DNA of 64,000 bases from an uncultured delta proteobacterium (GTDB lineage: Bacteria; Desulfobacterota; Desulfomonilia; Desulfomonilales; Desulfomonilaceae). Positions 50,813 through 63,485 of this stretch are shown piece after piece. Made by a program: the position numbers and the translations under genes. Within the stretch, counting starts at the first letter, position 1. Every line of letters begins with the position of its first letter. The notes beneath the pieces were generated by a model. The model did no database searches. It saw only the letters and a list, made by a program, of their open reading frames with translations, and was not told the origin of the DNA. The stretch lies in contig CAWBKB010000001.1 of assembly GCA_963789265.1 (NCBI GenBank), positions 1,280,001 through 1,344,000 on the forward strand, written 5' to 3'.

Positions 50813-53470
50813 TCAGTAAGCGACCTGTCGGAGTTTCATCGTGAAGAAACGGCAGAGATTGATCCCAATCTGGGGATAGACTTTCATAATCTCCTGGAAT
50901 TGATGATGGCGGAGTACGTAGGCGAGCGTGTCGTCAGCCGCAACGCATGTAGCATTGGGAGCCATTTGTGTAAAGAGGCTAAGTTCTCCTAAAAATGCCC
51001 CTTCTCCGATCGTCACCTTTTCGATTTGGTTTGGTGTCTCATATCCACCGAATATAGTGACCTTTCCGCTGACAACAAGGTAGATCGAGGAATTCTGTTC
51101 GCCCTCTCTTATCATGATATCACCCGGTTTGAAATGCTCTATATTGACAACAGAGGCTATAGCGTGGAGCTCGCGCACTCCCATTCCTTCGAAGATGCTA
51201 AATTCCTTGAGTTTGTTGATTCTTTCGATAATGTCAGGCATGGGGGCTACCTCGTTCATGCTGCGCGCCAGCGCAAACTGGGCGATTTCCCGCACATAGG
51301 GAAACTTGTCCCCAAGGCGGGCCTCAATGATAGGAATAAAGGATTGCCGGGGCATCTGATCCCCGATCACGAAGAGGGCAAGCATTCTGGTGATAGGATC
51401 TTCCGCGTCCGCGAGGAATGTTAAGAGACGATCCGGCGTATCGTTGCGGATCAGCGGGAAGAGCTTCCTTCCTTTTTCGATTTTCTCGTTCAGGGGGATA
51501 TCTTCGATCAGGGGAATCAGGTACGGTGTTAATTCCTTTTGAATCGAATTCTCTACCAACTCAACGGCAATGGAGGCGGTTTCCGATCTGAGAGCTTGAT
51601 ACATGAGCCTCATATCCGCATGATAGACCCACAATGCATAAAAGATAAGGCTGAGGATCTCTTCATTCACTTCCAACAGATGCTTATTCAGCATTCCGAT
51701 ACTCTGTGCACCCTCTTCCTGAAGTCGTCGAACGGCTATCAGGTTACCGTATGCCTGTCCCAACTGTTTTCCAAGAAAAGGGACCAGCTCGAAATCCTTG
51801 ACTCCGGCCAGCCTCAGCACCTCGAGAATTCCTTGCTTTGCCCTAGGCGGAACCTCAAGGAGGGAAACTTCAAGATAGGGCACTATTGTCTCTCGATAGC
51901 TCATAAGGGCTTCAATGGCCCCTGTTCGTACATCATCATCACTGTCTTCCAGGCACCGGATAAGTTTGGATACTGCCCTGATATCTTGCGTCCGTGCGAA
52001 GGAAGCGGCAGCTTCGGCACGTGTCACCGGGTTTTCGTCGTCCAGGAGCTTGAGCGCTACGTCCGGGTCAAGCACCGGAATTTCGCTTTGGTCATGGGTC
52101 GGGAATGCCTCCAAATGACCTCCGGGTGCAACCTGCCCGAGGTCCATGGCAGCAGCGCCACTGTCAAAAGTGTGGACTGATTCGATCAAGTCGAAATCAA
52201 TTTGCTTTTCAACAATTACCTGTTTGAGGACACGTTTATAGTGTTTTCTGAATATTAGGCTTTCGACCACCCAATATATCGTAAGGGCCAATGCAATTAC
52301 AGAGAAATACCGGGCGCTCAAAACCGGTTTGAGGCCAATCATCATTAGGGAGCCTAATAGCATACCCACTTTGAGGACAGTCCCGCGAAGAAATGTACGA
52401 CTCCATGCCATCAGGTCCGCCGGTATGACGCTGTACAATATTTTGTTTACAGGACCGGCTATGGCCCTCTGAATCAGAAGGGTGGTGAATTGCCCATAGC
52501 AGGCCACATATATGTTGAAGAATTTGATCAAGGAGCCAAAGAGAAGAGCGAAATTAAACGGCTGGACCAGAGCCGAATTCGTCAGACCTATTGAGGAATA
52601 GAGGCGCCCCATGAAGAACAGCAGCGCAAAGGTCGTGAGGGTGGTCATGCCGCGGAATACGGAAAGGAAGGCGATCAGCGATTGCTCCGAGGCAAACGTG
52701 TTGTTGGCAATAATACTGAATTGGTAGAAAAATATAGGGAGGAGGATGTTTGGAATCAATCCTGTGATTATGAGGTACCGAACTATTGGATAATCACGTA
52801 TCAGGCTTGGAACTTCGGTGAGTGGTACGATTCGCACCGTGCCTTTGTCCCTCTTGGTCATCGGATTGGTGTTGCCCAGAAGATTATAGCCCGTGCGGAC
52901 TAGGAACAGAGTCGTTCCCAGGCATACTGCGCCGAATATGAGAAGGGTCGGGTCTTGCCCCACGGTCAGCGTGAGAGGCCCGGTCACAAAGCTCCCGAGA
53001 GTGGATCCGAGAACCTGTGCCGCCGTGACAAGAGGGAAGATTCGCTTACCCTGTCGTGCATTGAACAGGTCCCCGGCCATGTTCCACAAGAACACCAGCA
53101 GTATGGAATCCAGCAGATGAAGCATTTGATAAAGAATGGGATAAGCGATGGTAATATCCGCTTTGACCATGAAGAAGAGAACGGTCACGGCCCCCGCGTA
53201 GATTGCCAGGAATCCCGCTAGAAGATGATAATCCATGAACCGCCGGGCGAGTTTGTCTACGACCCACATGACCACAAAAGTCAAAAGAGCGTTGATGACC
53301 AACATCATGGGTATGTATTGCGGGCCGTAACGCTTTATAAAGGATGCATCTACGTAAGTGCGAAAAATTGCTGCAACGAAGAAAATGACGAAGAAGATCG
53401 AAGAGATCCACAGGAAGTTGTGGGATTCGTGGACGTAGATTTTTAGATACTTTTCGAGAAGGCGCTTCAT
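50813..53470 (-). CDS. NTT/TLC-like MFS transporter fused to HEAT repeats and a cNMP-binding domain
   Basis: Multiple TM segments with WN.AGDLF..RQGKR.F, HEAT units (LLDDENPVTRAEAA, LEDSDDDVRTGA), C-terminal IREGE...GELSLF. Confidence 0.85.
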   Translation of the reverse strand: MKRLLEKYLKIYVHESHNFLWISSIFFVIFFVAAIFRTYVDASFIKRYGPQYIPMMLVINALLTFVVMWVVDKLARRFMDYHLLAGFLAIYAGAVTVLFFMVKADITIAYPILYQMLHLLDSILLVFLWNMAGDLFNARQGKRIFPLVTAAQVLGSTLGSFVTGPLTLTVGQDPTLLIFGAVCLGTTLFLVRTGYNLLGNTNPMTKRDKGTVRIVPLTEVPSLIRDYPIVRYLIITGLIPNILLPIFFYQFSIIANNTFASEQSLIAFLSVFRGMTTLTTFALLFFMGRLYSSIGLTNSALVQPFNFALLFGSLIKFFNIYVACYGQFTTLLIQRAIAGPVNKILYSVIPADLMAWSRTFLRGTVLKVGMLLGSLMMIGLKPVLSARYFSVIALALTIYWVVESLIFRKHYKRVLKQVIVEKQIDFDLIESVHTFDSGAAAMDLGQVAPGGHLEAFPTHDQSEIPVLDPDVALKLLDDENPVTRAEAAASFARTQDIRAVSKLIRCLEDSDDDVRTGAIEALMSYRETIVPYLEVSLLEVPPRAKQGILEVLRLAGVKDFELVPFLGKQLGQAYGNLIAVRRLQEEGAQSIGMLNKHLLEVNEEILSLIFYALWVYHADMRLMYQALRSETASIAVELVENSIQKELTPYLIPLIEDIPLNEKIEKGRKLFPLIRNDTPDRLLTFLADAEDPITRMLALFVIGDQMPRQSFIPIIEARLGDKFPYVREIAQFALARSMNEVAPMPDIIERINKLKEFSIFEGMGVRELHAIASVVNIEHFKPGDIMIREGEQNSSIYLVVSGKVTIFGGYETPNQIEKVTIGEGAFLGELSLFTQMAPNATCVAADDTLAYVLRHHQFQEIMKVYPQIGINLCRFFTMKLRQVAY

Positions 53471-53845
53471 ATCCCTCCCCGTCCAAGAAAGAAGCCGGTT
53501 GGAATTATGGACAGGGGCGAATTATAAGAGATCGGATCGAAACCTTCAACAGTTTGATTTCACAGTTATGACGATCAATGGTCTCATGGCTCGGAAATCG
53601 TTCCTGCGTAGGAGATATTTCATGATTTGACCGCGAACTGATGCCCGCGACCGGGATCACCGTTGCCCCGTACGGGTCCACAACGGTCATCTGACTTCGG
53701 TCGCTTTGTCAGCACGGGAAAGGGTGCCCTCTCAACACTGTTGGCTTATGATCGTTGTCCAAAAAGATGTCCGTTTGTTCATCGGAAGCATAGAATTTTG
53801 AAGATTCGGCCTGCGAAGCTTTCTATCGCCATCCGCGCGGGAATG

Positions 53846-54049
53846 CGGACAGGCTGGAGGACTGGAAAGTCCGGCCCACAGTAATAGTCCTTCCCGCGCC
53901 GGAATCCAGACTGTAGAGCAGACTTTCCAGTCTGCTGTTTATGGCATCGTCCTCCGCGCGCACGCGGACCCGGGGGGGGGGGGCGCCACGCAACCACCGG
54001 CTCCCGAATCGGAGTGAGGGGTGCCCCCTGTAGCCCTCGACGAATGACA
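53846..54049. repeat. Cluster of degenerate REP-like palindromes with a G12 run (53972-53983)
   Basis: GGACTGGAAAGTCC, GTAGAGCAGACTTTCCAGTCTGCT, TTCCCGCGCCGGAATCCAG and GAATGAC motifs. Confidence 0.55.
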
Positions 54050-54056
54050 ATAGCCC

Positions 54057-54623
54057 TTACTTGACGCTATTCAACAGTTTGGACTTGACCGTTGCCGAGA
54101 GTTCGGAATCTGCCGGGGCTTTCTCCACCTTGCCGTCTTTGGTGTTCAAAAGAAGACTCTTTCCCCAAACGTCCAAAGCGTACGCTTGGAAGGTCTCTTG
54201 TTCCCCGGCTTTGTCCCACTGCGGTATCACCTCCAAGATGACGTCCTTCTCTACGGTTAGACCCGCTTTGTCATGGTACGGCCCCCGCACCGGTCCTACG
54301 GAGTAATATCTGCCGTGAGCAGCGAAAAATCTTTGTTGGGACACAATAGCGTTGCGCATGGTCTGCCGCGCGAGTGCTTCTCTCTCTGCGACTTTGGAGG
54401 TCAAGAGATGATCGAAGGCTAGATGCATTAGAAAATAGGCCACAACGGCATTGGCGCAGGCTGTCATCACGGCGATTCTCAACAAACCCTTGCTCTTGAG
54501 CTGCACCTTGCGGCCCATCAGATAGAACCATACTGCATATACGGTCGGGGAGAAGATCACAATCAATAAACACAGATAAATTAAAGCGATAATTACAATA
54601 CCTATGGTGTCTCGGATCATCAT
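54057..54623 (-). CDS. Membrane protein with pilin-like helix
   Basis: Two hydrophobic segments then EALARQTMRNAIVSQQRFFAAHGRYY. Confidence 0.7.
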   Translation of the reverse strand: MMIRDTIGIVIIALIYLCLLIVIFSPTVYAVWFYLMGRKVQLKSKGLLRIAVMTACANAVVAYFLMHLAFDHLLTSKVAEREALARQTMRNAIVSQQRFFAAHGRYYSVGPVRGPYHDKAGLTVEKDVILEVIPQWDKAGEQETFQAYALDVWGKSLLLNTKDGKVEKAPADSELSATVKSKLLNSVK

Positions 54624-54641
54624 TGACGGTTCTGATTCAGT

Positions 54642-55649
54642 CTAGTTACTAGTTCCGTGAAGGACTTGTAAATTATCACGCGGCTCACCTGAGCTTGGCT
54701 TCTCTCTTAAAGGAAGGGCCTGAAGGTAGTCGGCAATTGGAGTATGGATAAATCTCAGCTCTTCATGCGTAATTTCAATCGGAACGGACTCACGCCTTTC
54801 TTCTTTGCTAAGAACCAGCTCGCCGCTCTCCGTGGCCATAATGATTCTGTACGCTAGTCGATTGTGGGCCCGAACCCGCTCCGGGATTCCGAAGCCGTAG
54901 TTGACGTGTCCGCTACCGGCGATAACGAGCATGAGCCGGCCCTTTCCCGCGGGGGAATCAAGGAAGCGCGAAACGGTCTGAGCCATTGTCGCATCCCGCA
55001 AAGCCTGTGCAAGCACAATGCGATCGAGGCTTTCTTTTTCAAAAGCCTTGTGAACTCGAAGCCTTAGGCGCAGGAGGCGATCCAGCAGCGGATTGATCTT
55101 TTCGAGCCCTTCGGGGATTTCGCGCCTTTCAGACTCGGTAAGGCGGGCGAGACCCTCATGAGCAACCTTGCGGACCAACAAGTCATTGGCGTTGAGAGCT
55201 ACTATCGGGACGTGCCGCTTACGTGCAAGGGTAAGCACATTTGCATAATCCTGCAAATTGGTCCAGTGGTCGTGGCCGAGTTCGGTAATAAGGTCTGAAA
55301 TACTCGCGCTTGCTCGTTGCCATCGGTCCAGGATTGGCTGCTGTTCCCGCGCGAACATTTCCATGCCCAGGGCGAGCTTTAATCCGCGATCCAGTAGGCC
55401 GCGAAGCACCTCCGCCTCAAGCTCATGGTGCCGGGCTATGGTGTGGATTTCTCCCAGATACACTATCCGAACTGTGCAAAGATCGTCGAACATAGCACGC
55501 AGAGGTACAGGCTCGCCCATGTACAAGTCAATGATGAACGGCTTACAATCGGCAGAAGCAGTCATGTTTGAACAGAGCAGCAAGGCCAGGCCCAGCGTCA
55601 GACTTCGGAGCAGCACTAAGCGAATTCGGTCGTGACGTAATATTACCAA
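54642..55649 (-). CDS. ChaN/EreA-like exported protein
   Basis: Signal peptide; VYLGEIH...HH, LGMEMF, QALRDATMA, IAGSGHV. Confidence 0.85.
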   Translation of the reverse strand: MVILRHDRIRLVLLRSLTLGLALLLCSNMTASADCKPFIIDLYMGEPVPLRAMFDDLCTVRIVYLGEIHTIARHHELEAEVLRGLLDRGLKLALGMEMFAREQQPILDRWQRASASISDLITELGHDHWTNLQDYANVLTLARKRHVPIVALNANDLLVRKVAHEGLARLTESERREIPEGLEKINPLLDRLLRLRLRVHKAFEKESLDRIVLAQALRDATMAQTVSRFLDSPAGKGRLMLVIAGSGHVNYGFGIPERVRAHNRLAYRIIMATESGELVLSKEERRESVPIEITHEELRFIHTPIADYLQALPLREKPSSGEPRDNLQVLHGTSN

Positions 55650-55939
55650 GAACGCCCTCCAGAGAAAACAATGTCGAAATCTTTGAATTCGCCCGTGGGT
55701 GTTTCTTCGAACACCTCGACATCTTCGACTCTACCGAAGGATGGGCCTTTCCGGCACCACGCGACCACCGCATTGACCTTTTCCGCTTCGCCTTCGATTA
55801 CTGCCTCTACTCTCCCGTCCACGAGATTCTTGACCCAGCCCCTCACATCGGCCTGTCTGGCTGCTTGCCTGGTATAGGCTCTGAATGAGACCCCTTGCAC
55901 CATTCCTGAAATGAGAACTCGCCGGCGTATTATTGGCAT
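55643..55939 (-). CDS. acyP: Acylphosphatase
   Basis: ISG.VQGVSFR, GWVKNL.DG.VE, GP. Confidence 0.93.
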   Translation of the reverse strand: MPIIRRRVLISGMVQGVSFRAYTRQAARQADVRGWVKNLVDGRVEAVIEGEAEKVNAVVAWCRKGPSFGRVEDVEVFEETPTGEFKDFDIVFSGGRSW

Positions 55940-56100
55940 GAGGAAATCTCCGTGACCGTTTTCGAGCACAAAACCATCTCCCAAAGGCTGCCGCAGAAGG
56001 GGTAAGCGATCCTAGTCAACTCTCCGTGCTCATTCGGCGGTCTCGACAGGCTTTGTTGTCTTTGTCATCGAAGGCAGTGAAGCATGGAGAAATCTGAACT

Positions 56101-58233
<2,133 letters not shown>

Positions 58234-58321
58234 TCAAATAATCAGGTTCAGGAGAGCCATCGTTTGCGCGGTTTGCAATTTTAGACCGATTCGCTTTCAA
58301 ACAAGTGATACCGTGTTTCTG

Positions 58322-58440
58322 GTAGGGGCGGGTTTCAAACCCGCCCCTACATGTCGTCATGCCCGCGTACACGGGCATCCAGTAGGACCGGCCTCCGTGC
58401 CGATTGTTCGCAAGACGCCGGCAGGGGCGCCGACGCTACC
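58322..58440. repeat. GTAG-family REP (58322-58350) plus family B copy 2 (58355-58440)
   Basis: Perfect palindrome GTAGGGGCGGGTTT-C-AAACCCGCCCCTAC followed by an inverted homolog of 28924-29008. Confidence 0.8.
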
Positions 58441-58569
58441 CTCGGATCGAAGTCCGGGGTGATCCCGTGGAACGCGGGATGCACGGCCATATCCTCGCGG
58501 GGATTGTCACTTGTTTGACGGTGCACGCTTATAATCAAATGCCCAGGGGATTCGTCTCAATTTGATGCG

Positions 58570-59160
58570 TTACTTCCCCTTCTTGGGCCAGGTGCCCTTA
58601 AAGTTGGATCGAACTTCTTTACCTTTCTCGCCCTTGAACAGGGCAGTTCCGTCCGTTATTGTTATCGGGAAGGAGAAATCTCCTACGGTTGTCCACCATT
58701 TCTTAATCAGGGCAGGCGCGGTCGTTTTCATCTCTTTCATACGCTCCACGTTACCTGCCCCTACCATTAGGTTTCCCAGAGTCGCCAATGTTTCGTTTGT
58801 GGTTATAACCTTCAACTGATTGGTCTTTCCGCCGGGAATCCATGAGTGTTCATACTCGTTGGCGGTATTCACCTCAAAGCCGTCAAAGGCTGTAGTGAAG
58901 GTCAGTTCGTCCAGCATGATCGGCTCTTTATTAGGATTCTTGATGTCGAGGATGTACGCCAGGTTCAGGATGGGGCCCGCTCCAACTTCCTTGGGCTCTT
59001 TATCGGTCTTAATTTTTGGTTTTATGTCGTAGAAAAACTGAATGTTGGCTACTTCCACTCTCTCCAGACTGATGATCGGCGCCTCAAGCGCCATGGCCGG
59101 GAGAACAGCAAATGCGAATGCTGCCGCAACAAATACTAATATAGCTAGTGCCCGATTCAT
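58570..59160 (-). CDS. Exported LEA_2/WHy-like protein
   Basis: Signal peptide (..AMA), LDIKNPN..PI.LD.L.F motif; GGAGG RBS. Confidence 0.7.
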   Translation of the reverse strand: MNRALAILVFVAAAFAFAVLPAMALEAPIISLERVEVANIQFFYDIKPKIKTDKEPKEVGAGPILNLAYILDIKNPNKEPIMLDELTFTTAFDGFEVNTANEYEHSWIPGGKTNQLKVITTNETLATLGNLMVGAGNVERMKEMKTTAPALIKKWWTTVGDFSFPITITDGTALFKGEKGKEVRSNFKGTWPKKGK

Positions 59161-59187
59161 CTTCCCTCCTTCGCCTTTTAAGGTCTT

Positions 59188-59991
59188 TCAGGCTAACCAT
59201 CGTTTGCGCCGCTTGTAGTGTTTCACGTCTCGAAAGCTTTTCCTGCCCCCAACATCGGTGAGGCCGAGATAAAAATCCCTGATGTCAGGATTGTCTCTAA
59301 GCTTTTCCGAGGTGTCGTCCATCACGATGCGGCCGTTTTCCATGACGTAGGCGTGAGGCGCCACGGTCAATGCCAGTTTAACATTCTGTTCCACCAGGAG
59401 AATGGGGATCCGTTCTTCCCTGTTCAGCCGTTGAATAATCTCGAAGATCTCCTTGATGAGCAGTGGAGCAAGTCCCATCGAAGGTTCGTCCAGGAGCATC
59501 AATTTGGGCTTAGCCATCATGGCTCGGCCGATAACACACATCTGCTGCTCACCGCCGCTGACGAACCCGGCCGTCACGTTCCGGCGCTCCTTGAGTCGAG
59601 GGAAGTAATGGTACACCATGTCCAGGCGTTCCTTGAGGCCGGCGGGCCGTAGATGCCCCCCAACCATGAGGTTTTCTTCAACGGTGAGATGCTCAAAGAC
59701 GCGTCTTCCCTCAATGATCTGGAAGATCCCTCTCTTAGAGATCTGTTCCGCGGGTAGTTTATGTATCCGTTCACCCATGAACTCAATGCTACCGTCAGTG
59801 ACTTGACCGTCTTCGTGATTGAGCAGGCCGGAGATAGCCTTGAGGGTAGTGCTCTTTCCTGCGCCGTTGGCACCCAAGAGCGCTACCACCCCGCCCTCCG
59901 GAACCTCAATGGAAACCCCCTTGAGAACAAGAATAACCTCGTGGTACCTGACCTCGATGTTGTTGATCTTCAAGATGCTGCTCTGAGTCAC
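59188..59991 (-). CDS. ABC ATPase (LivF-like)
   Basis: GANGAGKST, SGGEQQM, DEPSMGLAP, C-terminal DVKHYKRRKRWL. Confidence 0.92.
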   Translation of the reverse strand: MTQSSILKINNIEVRYHEVILVLKGVSIEVPEGGVVALLGANGAGKSTTLKAISGLLNHEDGQVTDGSIEFMGERIHKLPAEQISKRGIFQIIEGRRVFEHLTVEENLMVGGHLRPAGLKERLDMVYHYFPRLKERRNVTAGFVSGGEQQMCVIGRAMMAKPKLMLLDEPSMGLAPLLIKEIFEIIQRLNREERIPILLVEQNVKLALTVAPHAYVMENGRIVMDDTSEKLRDNPDIRDFYLGLTDVGGRKSFRDVKHYKRRKRWLA

Positions 59992-60075
59992 AACCTTTCT
60001 CCCTTTTTCCGCCGATGGAGCCAGGCAGTGGATTGCAAGTCGCCTGAGGGCGGATCCAGCCGCCCCCAAGACTTC

Positions 60076-61329
60076 TTACCAGCCGAGCCAGCTTTGCCAC
60101 TTGTCCGGAAACATCTTCTTCATATCGATCTTGTCGAACGGTTCGATTTTGCCATTCTTAATGGTGTAAAGACTCGCGATCGACGTGGGGCGATGATCCT
60201 TGTCGGTAATAGTGTACGGTCCAACGCCGAGGGCATTTTTGGTGTTGAAGGGGTACCAACCCTTCAGGGATTCCAGAGCCGCCTTAAGTTCCGGCCCCTT
60301 AAGAGATCCCTTCTTGTCCGCAGCCTGCAACCCCGCGGCCGCGAGGGACGCTTTGACCCACCCCTGAACGGTTCTAATACTTCTTTTTTCCATTGGGACA
60401 TAAGGGTTCAGCTTCTTGGCATATTCGACAACCTTATCCATGTACGGAACATTCATGCCGAGGAACGCACAGGATGCCGCCCCTATCACGCCTTCACCCG
60501 CCGCTCCGGTGAGCCGCAGGAGGTTCTTGTCAAAACCCCAGTTGTTAATTATGTGATCCGCTTTCAACCCAAGAGCGTGAGCATCCTTGAGGGTGGTTGC
60601 GACCGACATGGTGGTGTTCCCGTGCCAACAGATAGTGGGATTCTCACTCTTGGCTTCGAGAACCTGGCTCTTTGCGTCCAGGGCGAACAAGGAGACGTTC
60701 TGATCTTTTCCCACATCGATTCCAAGCAATTTAGCCTGATCTTTGATTGCTTTGATCGGAGCGTTGCAATAGGGCGCGGCGAACATGTAAAAGCAGACCA
60801 GCTTGGGCTTCTTGCCGGCTTCTCGGGCTTTCTTCCACTTGTCGCTCTTCTTCCAGACTTTCTCGTACCAAGAGGTGAGCGCAGCTCTCGCATTGGTTGA
60901 GTAGTCAGTGCTATAAATAAAATTGTACGGTGTCTTCTTAGGATCGCACAGGGCTCCCGACAAGGAATCCGAAATGGTCACCATCTTGTCTTTGTTGACC
61001 GTCGGGGAAAGGGCCTCTGTATCGCCGGTGCCCCATTGCAGCAGCATCGCGATCTTGTCGGTGTCCCTAAATCTCTTGTAAATCGTGATGGCTTCGGGGA
61101 CTCTGTAACCGTAATCCTGGAGCAGGAGTTTAATCTTCTTGCCGTTTATTCCTCCGTGGTCATTGATATAGGTCACACATTCCCGGACACCCAGGGCCGC
61201 GTCTTTGCCCACGTCGGAGGTCGCACCGGTCAAGTCGTTGATCGACCCCACCGTAATCTCCTGCGCCGCAAAAGATACGGAGCAGAGAAGCATGGTAGCC
61301 AGCCCTAACAGCAGGATTCTCTTACTCAT
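60076..61329 (-). CDS. ABC substrate-binding protein (Leu/Ile/Val-binding fold)
   Basis: Signal peptide, DLTGATSDVG, GGINGKKI, WGTGDTEAL. Confidence 0.9.
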   Translation of the reverse strand: MSKRILLLGLATMLLCSVSFAAQEITVGSINDLTGATSDVGKDAALGVRECVTYINDHGGINGKKIKLLLQDYGYRVPEAITIYKRFRDTDKIAMLLQWGTGDTEALSPTVNKDKMVTISDSLSGALCDPKKTPYNFIYSTDYSTNARAALTSWYEKVWKKSDKWKKAREAGKKPKLVCFYMFAAPYCNAPIKAIKDQAKLLGIDVGKDQNVSLFALDAKSQVLEAKSENPTICWHGNTTMSVATTLKDAHALGLKADHIINNWGFDKNLLRLTGAAGEGVIGAASCAFLGMNVPYMDKVVEYAKKLNPYVPMEKRSIRTVQGWVKASLAAAGLQAADKKGSLKGPELKAALESLKGWYPFNTKNALGVGPYTITDKDHRPTSIASLYTIKNGKIEPFDKIDMKKMFPDKWQSWLGW

Positions 61330-61441
61330 CTAGCACCTCCCTCTTCTTAGTTGAAATGCAGTTTCTTGTGGTAAGGCCCGTCCTTTTCGTAATCACCCCC
61401 TTTCTAATGGAGGACTACTCCAAAAAGGCCTCTCTAAATTC

Positions 61442-62566
61442 CTAAGACTTTCCCGTATAAGAGAACGGCCAGAGGTTAAAATAATTCTTCAACTGCCAGT
61501 ATCGGTAACTCAGGCCGTTAGGTTCATACAAGAGGAAGAAGATGATAGCCATCCCAAACGCGGACTCCTTAAAAAAGATAATCTTGGTGGTAATCCAACC
61601 CCACTGCGGATATGATGTCATAAGAAAGTTGCTTATCCATAGGACGCCGGTTTCCAGGGCCTTGAAGACCAACACTACGAATGCCGCGCCAAAAACAACT
61701 CCCTGAATGCTCCCTACGCCCCCGATGAGAATGACTCCCACCCAGAGAAGGGAGTAGAACCATTCGTATTGCTCAGGGCTGACAAAGAACAAAGCGCTGA
61801 TGTAAAATGACCCCGCTATCCCGGCAAAGAACCCCGCCACAAAAAATGCCATGAGCTTGTAAGTTACTATATTTACGCCCATGGTCTCGGCCGCAATATC
61901 GTTGTCCCTTATGGCGATCCACGCTCGACCTAGCTTGGACCGCAATATATTCCCCATTGCCAGCAAACATAGGGCCACGAGTATTATCGACCAATAGTAC
62001 CTGGTGATGTCGTTATCAAGTGCCCAGGGTCCGATCTTCAGAGTCCCCTCCGGTATTGCGAACGCCTGTTCGCGGCCACCTATCCGGCTTACATACTGGG
62101 TGATCACCAGCGGCACTGTTATCCACTGAGCTGCCATGGTGGTCATGATCAGATAAAATCCTTTGACACGTGCCGAAGGCAGGCCGAAGAGCACCGACCA
62201 GAATCCGGCGAGAAACGCGGCGCAAATCATACTGATAGGATATGCCAATCCTGCATTGACTATGAATTTAGGCCAAGGCACAAATAGCATCATCATGGCG
62301 CTACAGTAACCGCCTACCGCCACAAAAGCCGCATGACCCAAAGTGATCTGGCCGCAGTACCCGATGAGCAGTTGGACGCCGAGAGCAGCCAACACGTAAT
62401 AGCTGATGGTGTAAGCGACGCTCAGATACTCCTCACTCACGCAATAGGGGAAAATGATCAGCAAGATCACCATAAGAATCATTTTTCCCTTTATAAAGGG
62501 GGTACGCCACCACTTCTGATCTGCTTCGTAGGATTCGTGATATGTGCCGCACGGGAGGTAACTCAT
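61442..62566 (-). CDS. ABC permease (LivM-like)
   Basis: GYCGQITLGHAAF, RVKGFYL, GRAWIAIRDNDIAAE.MG. Confidence 0.9.
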   Translation of the reverse strand: MSYLPCGTYHESYEADQKWWRTPFIKGKMILMVILLIIFPYCVSEEYLSVAYTISYYVLAALGVQLLIGYCGQITLGHAAFVAVGGYCSAMMMLFVPWPKFIVNAGLAYPISMICAAFLAGFWSVLFGLPSARVKGFYLIMTTMAAQWITVPLVITQYVSRIGGREQAFAIPEGTLKIGPWALDNDITRYYWSIILVALCLLAMGNILRSKLGRAWIAIRDNDIAAETMGVNIVTYKLMAFFVAGFFAGIAGSFYISALFFVSPEQYEWFYSLLWVGVILIGGVGSIQGVVFGAAFVVLVFKALETGVLWISNFLMTSYPQWGWITTKIIFFKESAFGMAIIFFLLYEPNGLSYRYWQLKNYFNLWPFSYTGKS

Positions 62567-62570
62567 TGAA

Positions 62571-63485
62571 CTAGACCCTTTCTATGCGTTCCCAACCCCA
62601 GAGTCCATAAGGTTTAAACAGCAGGAAAACTACCATGAATATGAAGGGCGCGACTTCCTTGATTCCCCCCGGAAAGAACACGTCTAGATAGCCGCCTGCA
62701 AGATTTTGCAATACTCCTATGCTGATCCCGCCCACGATGGCTCCCGGGACCGAGTTGAGGCCGCCGAAGACCACGACCGGAAGAACAATTAGACCAAGAC
62801 TGCTGACGGAAATATTGAGGCCGTTGATATTCCCGAGGACCGTGCCTCCCACCCCGGCAGCCATAAACGCAATGGCCCAGGCCAGGGCATAAACGAATTT
62901 TGCACTTACTCCAAGAGAAAGGGCCGCCATTTCATCATCCGCACAAGCTTGCATGGAGAGACCCCACCTGGTGTACTTGAAAAAACAGATGAACACCACC
63001 ATCAGAACTAAGGCGGCAATGAAGCCCCAGACATAAACGGCTTCTCCAACTGCAATGCCCGCCACATGTATTGACTCCATCGAAAAGACCCTTGGCATGA
63101 AGATCTGCGTGTCGGTATCCCAGATGATGAAGACCATACCTTTGAAAAAGAAGGAAAGACCTACCGTCACCATGATGACGGCCAAGATCGGTTCACCTAT
63201 CATCTTCCGCAAGACGAGGCGTTCCGTAAGTAGGCCGAGTATGAAACCTATGATCATAGTGCCTATAAGAGCCAGGATAAATGCAGACGTTATCGGCATA
63301 ATAGTGACGAATCTCGTGTACAGGCCGAGGCAGACATAGCCGCCGATCATAGTAAGCTCGCCCATGGCCAGATTAAGGACGCCCGAGCACTTGTAGATAA
63401 GCACCCAACCAAGCGCCACCAGGGCGAAAATGGACCCCAGCATGACACCGGTCGTTAGCAATTGCGCCAATTTGGTCCAGTCCAT
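62571..63485 (-). CDS. ABC permease (LivH-like)
   Basis: ALG.VLIYK.SGVLNLA.GE, KPYGLWG. Confidence 0.9.
   Translation of the reverse strand: MDWTKLAQLLTTGVMLGSIFALVALGWVLIYKCSGVLNLAMGELTMIGGYVCLGLYTRFVTIMPITSAFILALIGTMIIGFILGLLTERLVLRKMIGEPILAVIMVTVGLSFFFKGMVFIIWDTDTQIFMPRVFSMESIHVAGIAVGEAVYVWGFIAALVLMVVFICFFKYTRWGLSMQACADDEMAALSLGVSAKFVYALAWAIAFMAAGVGGTVLGNINGLNISVSSLGLIVLPVVVFGGLNSVPGAIVGGISIGVLQNLAGGYLDVFFPGGIKEVAPFIFMVVFLLFKPYGLWGWERIERV

Noticed and set aside
53972..53983. G12 tract as a phase-variation switch
   Set aside because: Intergenic, inside a degenerate REP cluster and ~500 bp from the next start; length unreliable given the indel pattern
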